From positions 1-62,470 of the forward strand of contig CBDUKN010000018.1 in NCBI GenBank assembly GCA_965367815.1: a stretch of 62,470 bases of DNA, given 5' to 3'. A program made the translations under genes and the position numbers. Shown piece by piece: positions 19,073-28,854 of the stretch. The notes under the pieces were generated by a model. That model searched no databases, was not told where the DNA came from, and worked only from the letters and a program-made list of their open reading frames with translations. Numbering within the stretch: position 1 is the stretch's first letter; the number at the start of each line of letters is the position of its first letter. The DNA is from an uncultured Thermoprotei archaeon. GTDB lineage: Archaea > Thermoproteota > Thermoprotei > Thermofilales > B15-G2.

Positions 19073-20260
19073 TCACCCGAACAAATGTTTGGTAATTTCT
19101 TCTAGAGATAATAAACTGACTTTGAGGTTATGTTTTAGAGTCAAGTAGTGAGCAGCTTTAGCAGAATCTGTTGCCACAACAGAAATCTTCATACGGGAGA
19201 AAGGTGCTACTACTGCGCAAGTATCTCTCAGAACAGATACTCCTCTTTTTTCTAATAAATCGATGTATCCTTTTTTCTTAGCTTCGCTGTATACATACCT
19301 GGAAGTTGAGACTATTACTGGAACCTTAGCCTTTTTATTTTGCGTTAAATAAAGTAGCTTCTCGAGTTCAGACAATGAGTAGTGAGGACAGCCCAGAAAG
19401 ACTAAATCCACGTTTTCCAGTGGTTCGCAGAATCTTTGGAATATTTCTTCCAAATTATCTTTTTCTATACACACTTTCTCTAAATTGCCTGGAGAGTCTT
19501 TAAATGATGAAGGCGATACTCCTTTAACTATAGCCATAGCAATATTGCTTGCTGCGGCTAAACCTGCGCAGAATGATTTCATTTCATCAAGTGAAGGATT
19601 GTTTAATCCTGATACATAGGGAACACTTTTTTTCAAAATTAATCCAATACAATATCCTATAGCAGAATACTCTGTACTATTAGTGACATTTAAGTCTACT
19701 TTAAAGTGGATGCAAGGTTTTCTTTCTTCCTCTAAATGTAGTCCATACAGTGGTGTTTTTCCAACTATAGCTGAAGCTAGTGCCGAGGGACCACCTTCTT
19801 TATTGCTTTTGGCTCCAATTACAGTATTCAGAAAAGCTACTGCTGATGATTCTCCCCACGCGGCATGAGAGTCTTTAGGAGGTCTATTGCCTATAAGGTA
19901 GGGAGTACACGTAAAGCTTTCTTTTGCGCCAGCACTTAATAGAGAGTTAATTATTTCATGTTGTTTAGATATAGTAATGTTATCTAAAGGCAATTTGCTA
20001 GGGTTCTCTAAATCGAATGCTACAGGATTAATCGTTGTAAGTACTTTGAACCTTATTTTATTTGTCATTTTCTTTATAAAGTTTAAGCCTTCGTCACGTA
20101 TGTTATCATACGATATTCCTGAAATATGAACGGAATTAACTCGAATCAATCTTTCTGCTTCGAAAACCTCCCCTATCCCCACAAGAATTTTCATAGCAAG
20201 CGCTACTGTTTCTCCGTATTCACCATTAAGCATTTTTTCTTCTTCTTTAGTTAAGTACAT
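19073..20260 (-). CDS. Aconitase X catalytic subunit (DUF521); phosphomevalonate dehydratase large subunit
   Basis: MYLTKEEEKMLNGEYG, FTCTPY, WGESSA, GCPH, DTCAVV. Confidence 0.9.
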   Translation of the reverse strand: MYLTKEEEKMLNGEYGETVALAMKILVGIGEVFEAERLIRVNSVHISGISYDNIRDEGLNFIKKMTNKIRFKVLTTINPVAFDLENPSKLPLDNITISKQHEIINSLLSAGAKESFTCTPYLIGNRPPKDSHAAWGESSAVAFLNTVIGAKSNKEGGPSALASAIVGKTPLYGLHLEEERKPCIHFKVDLNVTNSTEYSAIGYCIGLILKKSVPYVSGLNNPSLDEMKSFCAGLAAASNIAMAIVKGVSPSSFKDSPGNLEKVCIEKDNLEEIFQRFCEPLENVDLVFLGCPHYSLSELEKLLYLTQNKKAKVPVIVSTSRYVYSEAKKKGYIDLLEKRGVSVLRDTCAVVAPFSRMKISVVATDSAKAAHYLTLKHNLKVSLLSLEEITKHLFG

Positions 20261-20272
20261 TTTATCACCTCA

Positions 20273-21610
20273 TTAATACTTATTTATTTTATTTAGAATA
20301 TTTATAGCTCTTGTACTGGGAGATATTTTAACTTTTTCGAATTCATGGGGAGGTTTATCGAGAGGCTTTGTTGCGTCTAAGCCCATTTTATCTGTTATCA
20401 TTTTTTCTTGGTCAGCAGAGGGGTCTAGGCTGCTTCCTCTAGCACCGCGGATTATTACTAAGTCTTTTGAGGCCTGAAAACGAGTTGCTAAAGCCCACTC
20501 TATTTCCTCTGGCTTATCGACATCAATGTCCTCGTCTACTACAATTACATGTTTAAGTGAAGGATGAGCTGAAAAAGCTGCCATGATGGCATTTTTCCCG
20601 TCGCCTTCGCTCATCTTTTTAATAGAAATTGCTGCGTGCAGCCAATGGCATCCACCCCATGTAAGCCTGACTTTCTTTACGGGCACTATTCTTCTGACGT
20701 AGTCCCATACGAGAGCTTCCTTGTACAACCCCATTAACAGTAAGTGTTCTTTAGACGAAGGAACTATTGTATAGTATATAGGATTTGGTGAAACCCATAT
20801 GGCTTCTATTTCTACAATAGGCTGTTTCCTAACAATATCGTATGTCCCTGTAGCATCTACGAAGGGACCTTCATCAGCAGTCTCTAAGAGAATCTTACCT
20901 TCAATAACTATTTCAGAATCTATAGGTACTGGAATCTTAAAAATGGGAGAGATCACTACTTTTAATTTTCCTTCAAGCAGTCTATTGGCTACTTCTAGTT
21001 CATTTACTCCAAAAGGAGGTGACGAAGCGGCGGCAAGTAAAACTAATGGGTGAGTACCTATGACAATAGCTACAGGCAACGGTTCTTTTAGCTCAATAGC
21101 CTCATTGTATAGCCTCCATAAATGGCGTGGAACTATTCTAATGACAAGTCTTTTATTGTCAAGTACTAGTAATCTGTGAATCGACGCGTTAACTACTTTG
21201 CTCTTAGGACCTTTTGCTATAACGATACCGGAGGTTATGTAAGGCCCGGGGTCTTTGGGAAAGAACTTTAGTATAGGTAGAGAAGATAAGTCGCGTACTT
21301 TATTTTTTATGAACTCTGCTTCGCTTACATCTAGTTCTTCTACTCTTAGAGGATTGCTGCATGCGTCGAGAATACGTTTATAGAGTTCTGAGTCGTCTTT
21401 CACATTAAGTATGTACTTTATTTTTTCTCTTGTATTGACAATGTTTGTTAATATTGGCATATTTTTATTCAAAACGTTTTTAAATAGAAGTATATTGTTT
21501 TCTTTAGAATGTAAGGTTATATAAGTAACATCAATGCCAGAGACTTCTTCTTCTATGATTTTTAGAGGAAATTTTTGTGCAAATGTTTTCAGTACAGTGT
21601 GCAATCTCAT
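20273..21610 (-). CDS. UbiD-family decarboxylase (anhydromevalonate-phosphate decarboxylase)
   Basis: NASIHR, EGPFVD, VDEDID, SSLDPS, KMGLDAT; same strand and adjacent to the AcnX genes. Confidence 0.88.
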   Translation of the reverse strand: MRLHTVLKTFAQKFPLKIIEEEVSGIDVTYITLHSKENNILLFKNVLNKNMPILTNIVNTREKIKYILNVKDDSELYKRILDACSNPLRVEELDVSEAEFIKNKVRDLSSLPILKFFPKDPGPYITSGIVIAKGPKSKVVNASIHRLLVLDNKRLVIRIVPRHLWRLYNEAIELKEPLPVAIVIGTHPLVLLAAASSPPFGVNELEVANRLLEGKLKVVISPIFKIPVPIDSEIVIEGKILLETADEGPFVDATGTYDIVRKQPIVEIEAIWVSPNPIYYTIVPSSKEHLLLMGLYKEALVWDYVRRIVPVKKVRLTWGGCHWLHAAISIKKMSEGDGKNAIMAAFSAHPSLKHVIVVDEDIDVDKPEEIEWALATRFQASKDLVIIRGARGSSLDPSADQEKMITDKMGLDATKPLDKPPHEFEKVKISPSTRAINILNKINKY

Positions 21611-21701
21611 TATTTCGCTTAAGAGAAGTAGAAGAGATTTTTAAGCTTATAATCCTTTCCGTTAAGTTTATAATTCTTAAAGGAACTCATAAAATGAAAA
21701 G

Positions 21702-22448
21702 ATGAGCACGGGGAGTCGTGAAGATGATGTTGCTATAAGAATAGCAGGAGAAATCGTAGTAGCACAAAATCCAGGAGAAGTTATGAGGTCTTGGCGAGAG
21801 CGATTCGGTATCTCTCAAATACAGCTAGCCAAAAAGATGGGTGTTTCTTCCTCAGTTATATCTGACTACGAGAGTGGCAGACGCAGAACTCCCGGAATAA
21901 GATTCGTTAAGCGCTATGTTAAAGCTCTAATTGAGATAGACAAAGAGAGAGGAGGTGCGACACTGCAGCACTTAATGCGGATATACGCGACTACAGAAAA
22001 AGTTTGGTCAGCCATACTAGATATGAGGGACTTCAATAAAATAATAACTATAGAGGAATTCTGTCAGAAAATCAGTGCGAAACTATTAACATGTAAAGAT
22101 CTCTCGTGGCAGCCAGTGCTGGGGTATACTGTTGTCGACGGAATAAAGGCTCTTGTAGAAGTACCTGCTCAAGAGTATACACGATTCTATGCTTCTACAA
22201 CTCAAAGAGCGATAATATTTACGAGAGTTACAAGAGGTAGGTCACCAATTGTAGCTTTTAAGGCTATGCAAGTAAGCATGGGGGGGCTTAAAGCAACGCT
22301 TCTGGTTCTTCACGGAAGTGAATTAACTGAAGAAAAAGTAGATAAGTTTGCATTAAAAGTAGCGGAGATAGAAAGAATACCGGTCGCTTTAGCAAAACCA
22401 GAACCTATTGAAGTATTAATAGAGAAATTAAGAAAAATATCTGCATAA
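21702..22448 (+). CDS. XRE/Cro HTH transcriptional regulator with conserved archaeal C-terminal domain
   Basis: IAGEIV, SVISDYESGRR, FTRVTRGRSP. Confidence 0.85.
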   Translation: MSTGSREDDVAIRIAGEIVVAQNPGEVMRSWRERFGISQIQLAKKMGVSSSVISDYESGRRRTPGIRFVKRYVKALIEIDKERGGATLQHLMRIYATTEKVWSAILDMRDFNKIITIEEFCQKISAKLLTCKDLSWQPVLGYTVVDGIKALVEVPAQEYTRFYASTTQRAIIFTRVTRGRSPIVAFKAMQVSMGGLKATLLVLHGSELTEEKVDKFALKVAEIERIPVALAKPEPIEVLIEKLRKISA

Positions 22449-22449
22449 A

Positions 22450-23508
22450 TTAGTATTCTCGTTTCATAACGTAGTCGACTAGCTCAGCGAAGAACTTCTT
22501 AGAGTAATCGTCGATGTTGCACAGCGATAAATAGTGAAGAGCTTTATTGGAAAATTCTGTCATATATTCTTCAGCTTTACTCTTTACATTGTATTTAATT
22601 AAAATTTCTCGTGCCCACTCAATATCTTTTAGTGAAATGTCTTCTCTTCCTAATAGTGACAACAATCTATTTCTTTCATTTAAAGGAAGTGATTTAAAAG
22701 CTAATACAGTGAGTATTGTCGCTTTACCTTCTCTTAAATCACTTCCAATAGGTTTGCCTAGCTTCGCTTCAGTACCGTAGAGTCCTAAAATATCGTCTTT
22801 TATTTGAAATGCTTTAGCGACATTATCGGCATATAAAAGCATATTACGTAAGAGTTCTTCGCTAGACTCTGCTAATACTAAACCTATTTCAATAGACGCC
22901 TTAAATAGTGACGCGGTCTTTAGCTCTACTAGTTTAAAGTAGTCTTCTAGTGAAGCGTTTCTGCGAATTGAGAAATATATGTCAAGTATTTCTCCGCAGA
23001 CTATTTCACTGTAAGCACGCGTATAAGCATTTAAGGCTTTTAAAACTAAGTCATGTCTATAGGGTGCATTGGCAAGTACTTTAAAGCCCATGTTGAATAA
23101 TTCGTCTCCGCCTAGAATAGCATAAGATACTCCTATGTGAGGAGCCTGAGGTTTATCAGAGTACCTTTTTTCGAATATAACGTGGAAAGAAGGCTTACCT
23201 CTGCGTAATCTATCTCTGTCTATAATATCGTCGTGAATTAGTGTAGAGTTATGAAGAAGCTCTATGCAAGTAGCTACTTTAGCTAATGTATCTTCTTCTT
23301 CGTCCGTTAGACTTTTTACCGATCGGTAAGCCATTATGAGAGCTATAGGTCTAAGTCTTTTTCCTCCTCTTAAAGTAAATTCCTCTAATGAATAGTAAAA
23401 GTACTTTAGTTCCTCAAGAGGACCTTTGTAAGCTTCTTCGGAAAATACTTCCTTAAGCTTTCTTTCAATTAAAGGCTTATATTTTTCTATAACTTCTTTA
23501 AGCAGCAT
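22450..23508 (-). CDS. Polyprenyl (geranylgeranyl) diphosphate synthase
   Basis: GGKRLRP, LIHDDIID, RRG, KTA, FQIKDD, DLREGK. Confidence 0.93.
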   Translation of the reverse strand: MLLKEVIEKYKPLIERKLKEVFSEEAYKGPLEELKYFYYSLEEFTLRGGKRLRPIALIMAYRSVKSLTDEEEDTLAKVATCIELLHNSTLIHDDIIDRDRLRRGKPSFHVIFEKRYSDKPQAPHIGVSYAILGGDELFNMGFKVLANAPYRHDLVLKALNAYTRAYSEIVCGEILDIYFSIRRNASLEDYFKLVELKTASLFKASIEIGLVLAESSEELLRNMLLYADNVAKAFQIKDDILGLYGTEAKLGKPIGSDLREGKATILTVLAFKSLPLNERNRLLSLLGREDISLKDIEWAREILIKYNVKSKAEEYMTEFSNKALHYLSLCNIDDYSKKFFAELVDYVMKREY

Positions 23509-23902
23509 GCTTTAGCACCGGCCTAAATTTAATACCGTATTCTATGATTCCTTCAGGAGATTGCTCAGAGTATTTCCTGAAAACTGCTTCAACCTCTAAG
23601 CCTATTTTTACTTCATTTTCATCTATATCTGTCAACTGAGCTAGTACTCTAGCTCCATTTTCTAGTTCAACTATGGCTACTACGTAGGGTGAATAGTTTT
23701 CAAAGCCCTTTGGAGGAACATGAATAATGGTGTATGATAGGACTTTGCCTTTTCTGGGAAGGAGTATTTTTTCTACTTCTCTGGAGCTACAATAGGGACA
23801 TACTTTCCTCGGAGGATAGAAGCTTCTACCACAGGTCTTGCATTTTCCTCCAATAAGGCGGTATTTTATTTTTCTCTCCCTCCAGTATCTCGGGACACTC
23901 AT
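23498..23902 (-). CDS. DUF35 Zn-ribbon/OB-fold scaffold protein
   Basis: CKTC...CPYC and OB fold; follows the thiolase. Confidence 0.92.
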   Translation of the reverse strand: MSVPRYWRERKIKYRLIGGKCKTCGRSFYPPRKVCPYCSSREVEKILLPRKGKVLSYTIIHVPPKGFENYSPYVVAIVELENGARVLAQLTDIDENEVKIGLEVEAVFRKYSEQSPEGIIEYGIKFRPVLKHAA

Positions 23903-23906
23903 ATTC

Positions 23907-25076
23907 TCACCTCTTCTTCAAAATATTTACAACGACTGTTCCGCCTACACCTCCCGTGGACTGAAGGAGAGCTAGTGTAGGATTATCTACTTGGTTCTTT
24001 CCAGCTTCGCCTTTAAGCTGAAGAATAGCGTCTACTGCTTGGTAAATGCCTGTAGCGCCTACAGGATGTCCTCTGGCTTTCAATCCCCCCATAGTATTTG
24101 TTGGAAGGTTACCTGAGAGAGATACATCCATGTTCTCTATCATTTTCCAGCCTTCACCTTTTTTCGCGAAGCCTAAGTCCTCTAAAGCTATTGGAGCGAG
24201 AATGCTGAATGCATCGTGGACTTCTAAAATATCTATGTCGCTTGGCTTTACTTTAGCCATTTTGTACGCTTTCTGAGAGGCCTTAACTGAAGCGAATAAA
24301 GTGAGTAAATCAAGTCTTTCGTGTAGACTCATGATGTCAGTAGCTGCAGCAGAACCTGCGAGCTCTATGTACGTGTCTTTCTGGCTTTCTTTTGCTGCTT
24401 TGGGGGACGCGATAACGAGTGCGGCTGCGCCGTCGCCTATAGGTGCGCACTCAAATAAATGGATTGGATCTGCTATTATAGGAGATGATAAAACATCTTC
24501 CACGCTTATTTTACGCTTAAGCTGAGCATGCGGAGCATTAAGAGCATTTTCGTGAGCGATAACAGGGAACTTAGCTATAGACTTCTGATCGACATTAAAT
24601 TTCGTTAAGTATAGTCTGTAGAGAAGAGCATTTAGCCCTACAAATGTAGCGCCAGTAGAAACAACATATTCACGGTCTTCTGCCATAGCGAGAGCAAATG
24701 TCACCTCGCTCGTTAACTTATCGGTCATTTTTTCTACACCTACAACCAGCACTGTGTCATAGTATCCGGAAGCAACTGCTAGAAAAGCTTGATGAATACC
24801 CATTCCTCCTGAAGCGCAAGCAGCCTCTATTTTACATGCAGGAGTACCCTTTAAACCGAGACATGTTGCTATAAGAGATCCCAAGTGTTCCTGTTCTTGA
24901 AGAGCACCGCTCATCATATTACTCACGTAAATAGCGTCAACTCGATTTACTCCAGCATTGTCCAGTGCCATTAAGGCTGCCTCGACGGCTAACTCTCTAA
25001 GAGATTTCTCCCAGTGTTCTCCTATACGTGTATACCCAATACCAATAATAACGGGTTTTTCCATAATTACCCCCAT
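23907..25076 (-). CDS. Acetoacetyl-CoA thiolase
   Basis: EAACASG, GVEKM, EVHDAF, GHPVGATG. Confidence 0.93.
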   Translation of the reverse strand: MGVIMEKPVIIGIGYTRIGEHWEKSLRELAVEAALMALDNAGVNRVDAIYVSNMMSGALQEQEHLGSLIATCLGLKGTPACKIEAACASGGMGIHQAFLAVASGYYDTVLVVGVEKMTDKLTSEVTFALAMAEDREYVVSTGATFVGLNALLYRLYLTKFNVDQKSIAKFPVIAHENALNAPHAQLKRKISVEDVLSSPIIADPIHLFECAPIGDGAAALVIASPKAAKESQKDTYIELAGSAAATDIMSLHERLDLLTLFASVKASQKAYKMAKVKPSDIDILEVHDAFSILAPIALEDLGFAKKGEGWKMIENMDVSLSGNLPTNTMGGLKARGHPVGATGIYQAVDAILQLKGEAGKNQVDNPTLALLQSTGGVGGTVVVNILKKR

Positions 25077-25077
25077 T

Positions 25078-26121
25078 TTACATATTTATTTTTCCTCTGA
25101 AATAAAGATATGTAGAATAGTTGATGTATTTTCTTCTATTGATGTAATCTGATACGAGAGGAGCTAAATTGCGTTTCTCTTCAATAGCGTCTTGAACAAC
25201 TATACTAAATGCGTCGCTGCCTGCGCCAGAGCCGTATGAGACTAGAAGAATACGGTCTCCCGATGTAGCTTTATCGAGAACAGAGGCTAGACCCATGAGA
25301 GAGGACGCGGCATAAGTATTTCCTATAACATTTGCAACTATCCCCGGCAGTATTTGCTCTTTCTTAAAACCAAGTTTAAGCCCTACTGATATAGGGAATT
25401 TTAGGTTTGGCTGGTGGAAAACAGCGTACTTAAAGTCGGATGGCTTTAGTCCTAGTTCATCCATAAGCATCTTTGCTGCTGAAATAATATGGTGGAAGTA
25501 TGCTGGAGCACCTGTAAATCTCTGTGCATGTTGAGGATACACTTCGCTAGGCCGTCTCCAGAAATCAGGTGTATCTGTAGCATATGATAGAGAGGCTTCA
25601 ATGTAGGCTAAAGTTTCGCTGGATTTGAGAGAAAAGATATACGCGGCTGCGCCACAGCCGGCAGTATACTCTAGTTCATCTCTTGGGCGTCCTTGAGCAG
25701 TATCTACGCCGATGGCTAGTGCGTATCGAACCATACTGCTTGCCACGAGAGCTATACATGATTCCATGGCTTCTGTGCCAGCTTTGCAGGCGAATTCTAA
25801 GTCAGCGGCAGCTACTTTAGGCGATGCCCCTATAGCTTCAGCCACAATGGTGGCAGTTGGTTTAACTGCATAGGGTTTACTTTCGGTGCCGAGCCGAATA
25901 GCTCCTATGCTGCTTGGATCTATTCGAGCTCTTTTGAGAGCATTTAAAGCTGCTTCTACAGCCATGGTAGCAGAGTCTTCGTCTAATCCTACTACACTTT
26001 TTTCCTCAATGGGCAACTTTCCGGTTCTTTTCCATACTCTAGCTATTTCTTTGGCTTTAATGCGGTACATCGGTATATACACACCGTAACCCGCTATGCC
26101 AACTTCACGTAGAGGCTTCAT
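25078..26121 (-). CDS. HMG-CoA synthase
   Basis: [35 protein letters not shown]. Confidence 0.95.
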   Translation of the reverse strand: MKPLREVGIAGYGVYIPMYRIKAKEIARVWKRTGKLPIEEKSVVGLDEDSATMAVEAALNALKRARIDPSSIGAIRLGTESKPYAVKPTATIVAEAIGASPKVAAADLEFACKAGTEAMESCIALVASSMVRYALAIGVDTAQGRPRDELEYTAGCGAAAYIFSLKSSETLAYIEASLSYATDTPDFWRRPSEVYPQHAQRFTGAPAYFHHIISAAKMLMDELGLKPSDFKYAVFHQPNLKFPISVGLKLGFKKEQILPGIVANVIGNTYAASSLMGLASVLDKATSGDRILLVSYGSGAGSDAFSIVVQDAIEEKRNLAPLVSDYINRRKYINYSTYLYFRGKINM

Positions 26122-26184
26122 GCTCTCACTTCGTTAATTGTTGAAACATATTACGACAATAGACTAAATAAAATTTTCTGCTAA

Positions 26185-26463
26185 TCAAAGTTTTAGACCA
26201 AATGACTTTATGAACTTCACGATTCTTTGATATTCTTTGAGAAACTCTTCACCTTTTTCTGTCACATGGTAATAGGTTCCTCTTTCATCATACTCCTTTT
26301 TAACTAATCCTGCTTTTTCTAAATCCGATAAATACCTAGTCAATCTATCATATGATAAATTCGCGTAAAGTAGTATTTTAGTAATACGACACTTTTTTTC
26401 TTTTTTAACTGCTTCAATTATTGAAGCATATATTTCAAGCTTAGAACGTCTACCTTTCCTCAT
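26185..26463 (-). CDS. Winged-helix DNA-binding protein
   Basis: RRSKLEIYASI, ANLSY, YHVTEKGEEFL. Confidence 0.88.
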   Translation of the reverse strand: MRKGRRSKLEIYASIIEAVKKEKKCRITKILLYANLSYDRLTRYLSDLEKAGLVKKEYDERGTYYHVTEKGEEFLKEYQRIVKFIKSFGLKL

Positions 26464-27059
26464 TTTTCTCTACCTACTCTATACAATTGTATTGATATTA
26501 TTGTAAAGGCAGCTAATTGAATAAGCCTCGAAAGTAGGTAAAATGAAAAGTTTCTAAAGCAAAGAAACATTAATCCAATAAAATGATGGAGAAATAAGAG
26601 CACAAATCCCGTGAAGATAAGTAGAGAAGGTCTGCTACCTGTTATCATTCTAAAGATTATGTAAAGTAGAATAGTACATGAAATTATTTCTGAGAGAGGA
26701 TTTATTAGAAAGAATATAACTGCTTGAACAGCCTTTTCCATTTCTTCAGAAGAGTAGCTTATAGCAATAAGAAGATACGATAATGAAATTCCAATAGTGT
26801 AAATTAGTCCAAGGTTCTTAAACAAAATAAACTCTATTCTTCGTGGAGTAAGGAATGCAAGAAGCGCGACGGCACCCCTAATGGTAAAAATAGTTCCTAG
26901 TAGCAGAAAGCCTGCATAGAGAAACATTATACTTTTTAGTGCAGTTAATTTGTAAATCCTATAAGCGTAGTAAGCTATACAGATTGCTATAATTGCCGAG
27001 AATATGTCTACTATAGTAGCTACTAATGGTAGAGGCAGCATCGCTATTTCAACCATCAA
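26460..27059 (-). CDS. Multi-pass membrane protein (about 6 TM)
   Basis: Hydrophobic helices; ATGA overlap with the wHTH gene. Confidence 0.75.
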   Translation of the reverse strand: MMVEIAMLPLPLVATIVDIFSAIIAICIAYYAYRIYKLTALKSIMFLYAGFLLLGTIFTIRGAVALLAFLTPRRIEFILFKNLGLIYTIGISLSYLLIAISYSSEEMEKAVQAVIFFLINPLSEIISCTILLYIIFRMITGSRPSLLIFTGFVLLFLHHFIGLMFLCFRNFSFYLLSRLIQLAAFTIISIQLYRVGREK

Positions 27060-27197
27060 TTGAATAATAAATTTGCTAATTTATCTTTTCTCCCAATTGT
27101 TTGTCTAAATGTTTTTAAGCGAAAATTAACGGAAAATCGGGGCAAGTGAAGACAATTAATTTAAGTAATTTAGGCTAGAAAATATTAGTGATTAGGC

Positions 27198-28109
27198 ATG
27201 GCGGTGAGAAAGGCTGTCATACTTGCAGCAGGATTAGGTACAAGGCTACTCCCCATAACAAAGGAATTGCCTAAAGAAATGCTTCCGCTTTATGTAAGAG
27301 AAGGGGATATGGTCTTGCTAAAACCAGTGCTTCAAGTAATATTCGAGCAACTTTATGATGCAGGTATAAGAGAATTTTGCTTTATTGTAGGGAGAGGTAA
27401 AAGAGCTGTTGAAGACCATTTTACTCCAGACTGGGATTTCCTGGAGTTTCTTGAATCAAAAGGGAAAGAGAGCTTAGCTGAAATGTTACAGAACTTCTAT
27501 GAGAAAATAGAAGATTCTACAATAGTATGGATAAATCAGCCCAAGCCTCGCGGAACAGGTGAAGCGCTTTTGAGAGCTCGTAAGTTTGCTGAAGACGAGC
27601 CTTTTGTTGTCTGTGCAGGCGATAATTTGTTACTTACAAACCGACCATACATGAAAGAGCTCATAGATTTTTTCAGTTCTCATGAAATATCCTGTGCACT
27701 AGTTGTTAAAAAAGTTCGAGAACCTAGGCTCTATGGAGTAATTAAAGGAGAGGAAGTAGCGAAAGGTGTGTATATAGTGAAAGATATTATAGAAAAGCCT
27801 AAAGAGCCTCCTTCCAATCTCGCGAATACCTCTATATACGTATTTTTGCCAATAGTTTTCAAAGCGCTTCAGTTCATAAAGCCGAGTCCCAGAGGAGAGC
27901 TTGAGTTAACTAGTGCAATAGAGCTTCTCTTAAACTGGAATCTTCAAGTATATGCGCTAGAGGTAAGTGATGCTATATGGATAGATGTAGGAAATCCATC
28001 AAAATACCTGGAGGCACTTATCATGTCTCACCACTATGCTGTAAATAAAGCTAGCGACTTAAAACAGTACATGGAATATCTTCTAAGTACCCTTGTAGTA
28101 CAGACTTAA
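27198..28109 (+). CDS. Sugar-phosphate nucleotidyltransferase (GalU-like)
   Basis: LAAGLGTRLLP..KEMLP, QPKPRGTG, EKP, GELELT. Confidence 0.9.
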   Translation: MAVRKAVILAAGLGTRLLPITKELPKEMLPLYVREGDMVLLKPVLQVIFEQLYDAGIREFCFIVGRGKRAVEDHFTPDWDFLEFLESKGKESLAEMLQNFYEKIEDSTIVWINQPKPRGTGEALLRARKFAEDEPFVVCAGDNLLLTNRPYMKELIDFFSSHEISCALVVKKVREPRLYGVIKGEEVAKGVYIVKDIIEKPKEPPSNLANTSIYVFLPIVFKALQFIKPSPRGELELTSAIELLLNWNLQVYALEVSDAIWIDVGNPSKYLEALIMSHHYAVNKASDLKQYMEYLLSTLVVQT

Positions 28110-28854
28110 GCCTATTTTTTACAGTAATATTTACAAACACTACTTTTACTCCTCGTGATGCTGCACGAACTGCTTCTTTCAATTTCAGAAGTATTCCACC
28201 AGTAACGTCAATATTTTTGCAGCCGACTTTATTTACTGAAAGCTTGCTTATTTCTCTTGTGGTAATTTTTCTGATTAACTTGTTATTAACAAATATTCCA
28301 TCAACGTCCATCCCGTAAACTAAATACTTAGCTTTAAGTGAAATAGCTATTATTCTTGCAAGAGTATCGCCGGAAACTACTGCAAAACCGCGACTATAAT
28401 CGAGTACGATGTCTCCGTGCAATAGTGGAATATAACCATTTAGTAGTAAGTGCAGCACTGGATATAGATTTATGTAAGCCAGTTTTTCATCAACAGTTCT
28501 AAGAATAGTAGAAGGATGCAGTGGGAATGCAGGAATGTTCTTGAGTCTTAAATAACGTAAAATTATGTTATCAAGTCTTTCTACATACTCTTTTGTCTCA
28601 GATATTTCTACTAGTGACTTTCTATTAGCTAATTTAACCCATTTTGCTGCCTGAGGGTGTCCAAAAGATCCTGCACCATGGATAAGCACTAAGTTGATAT
28701 TGTTTGAAGTGATTACCGAGGATATTTCTTCTGCTATGTTCTCTATAACACTAGTCCTGAGAATAGGCTTTTCTCCCTTAACAGTTATTGCCGACCCTCC
28801 AAGTTTTACTACAATTGTTTTACCGGCTAATATATTCTCCCTGAGAGAACCCAA
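28051..28854 (-). CDS. Isopentenyl phosphate kinase
   Basis: KLGGSAIT.K, HGAGSFGH, HGD, SGD, DVTGG. Confidence 0.92.
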   Translation of the reverse strand: MGSLRENILAGKTIVVKLGGSAITVKGEKPILRTSVIENIAEEISSVITSNNINLVLIHGAGSFGHPQAAKWVKLANRKSLVEISETKEYVERLDNIILRYLRLKNIPAFPLHPSTILRTVDEKLAYINLYPVLHLLLNGYIPLLHGDIVLDYSRGFAVVSGDTLARIIAISLKAKYLVYGMDVDGIFVNNKLIRKITTREISKLSVNKVGCKNIDVTGGILLKLKEAVRAASRGVKVVFVNITVKNRLKSVLQGYLEDIPCTVLSR

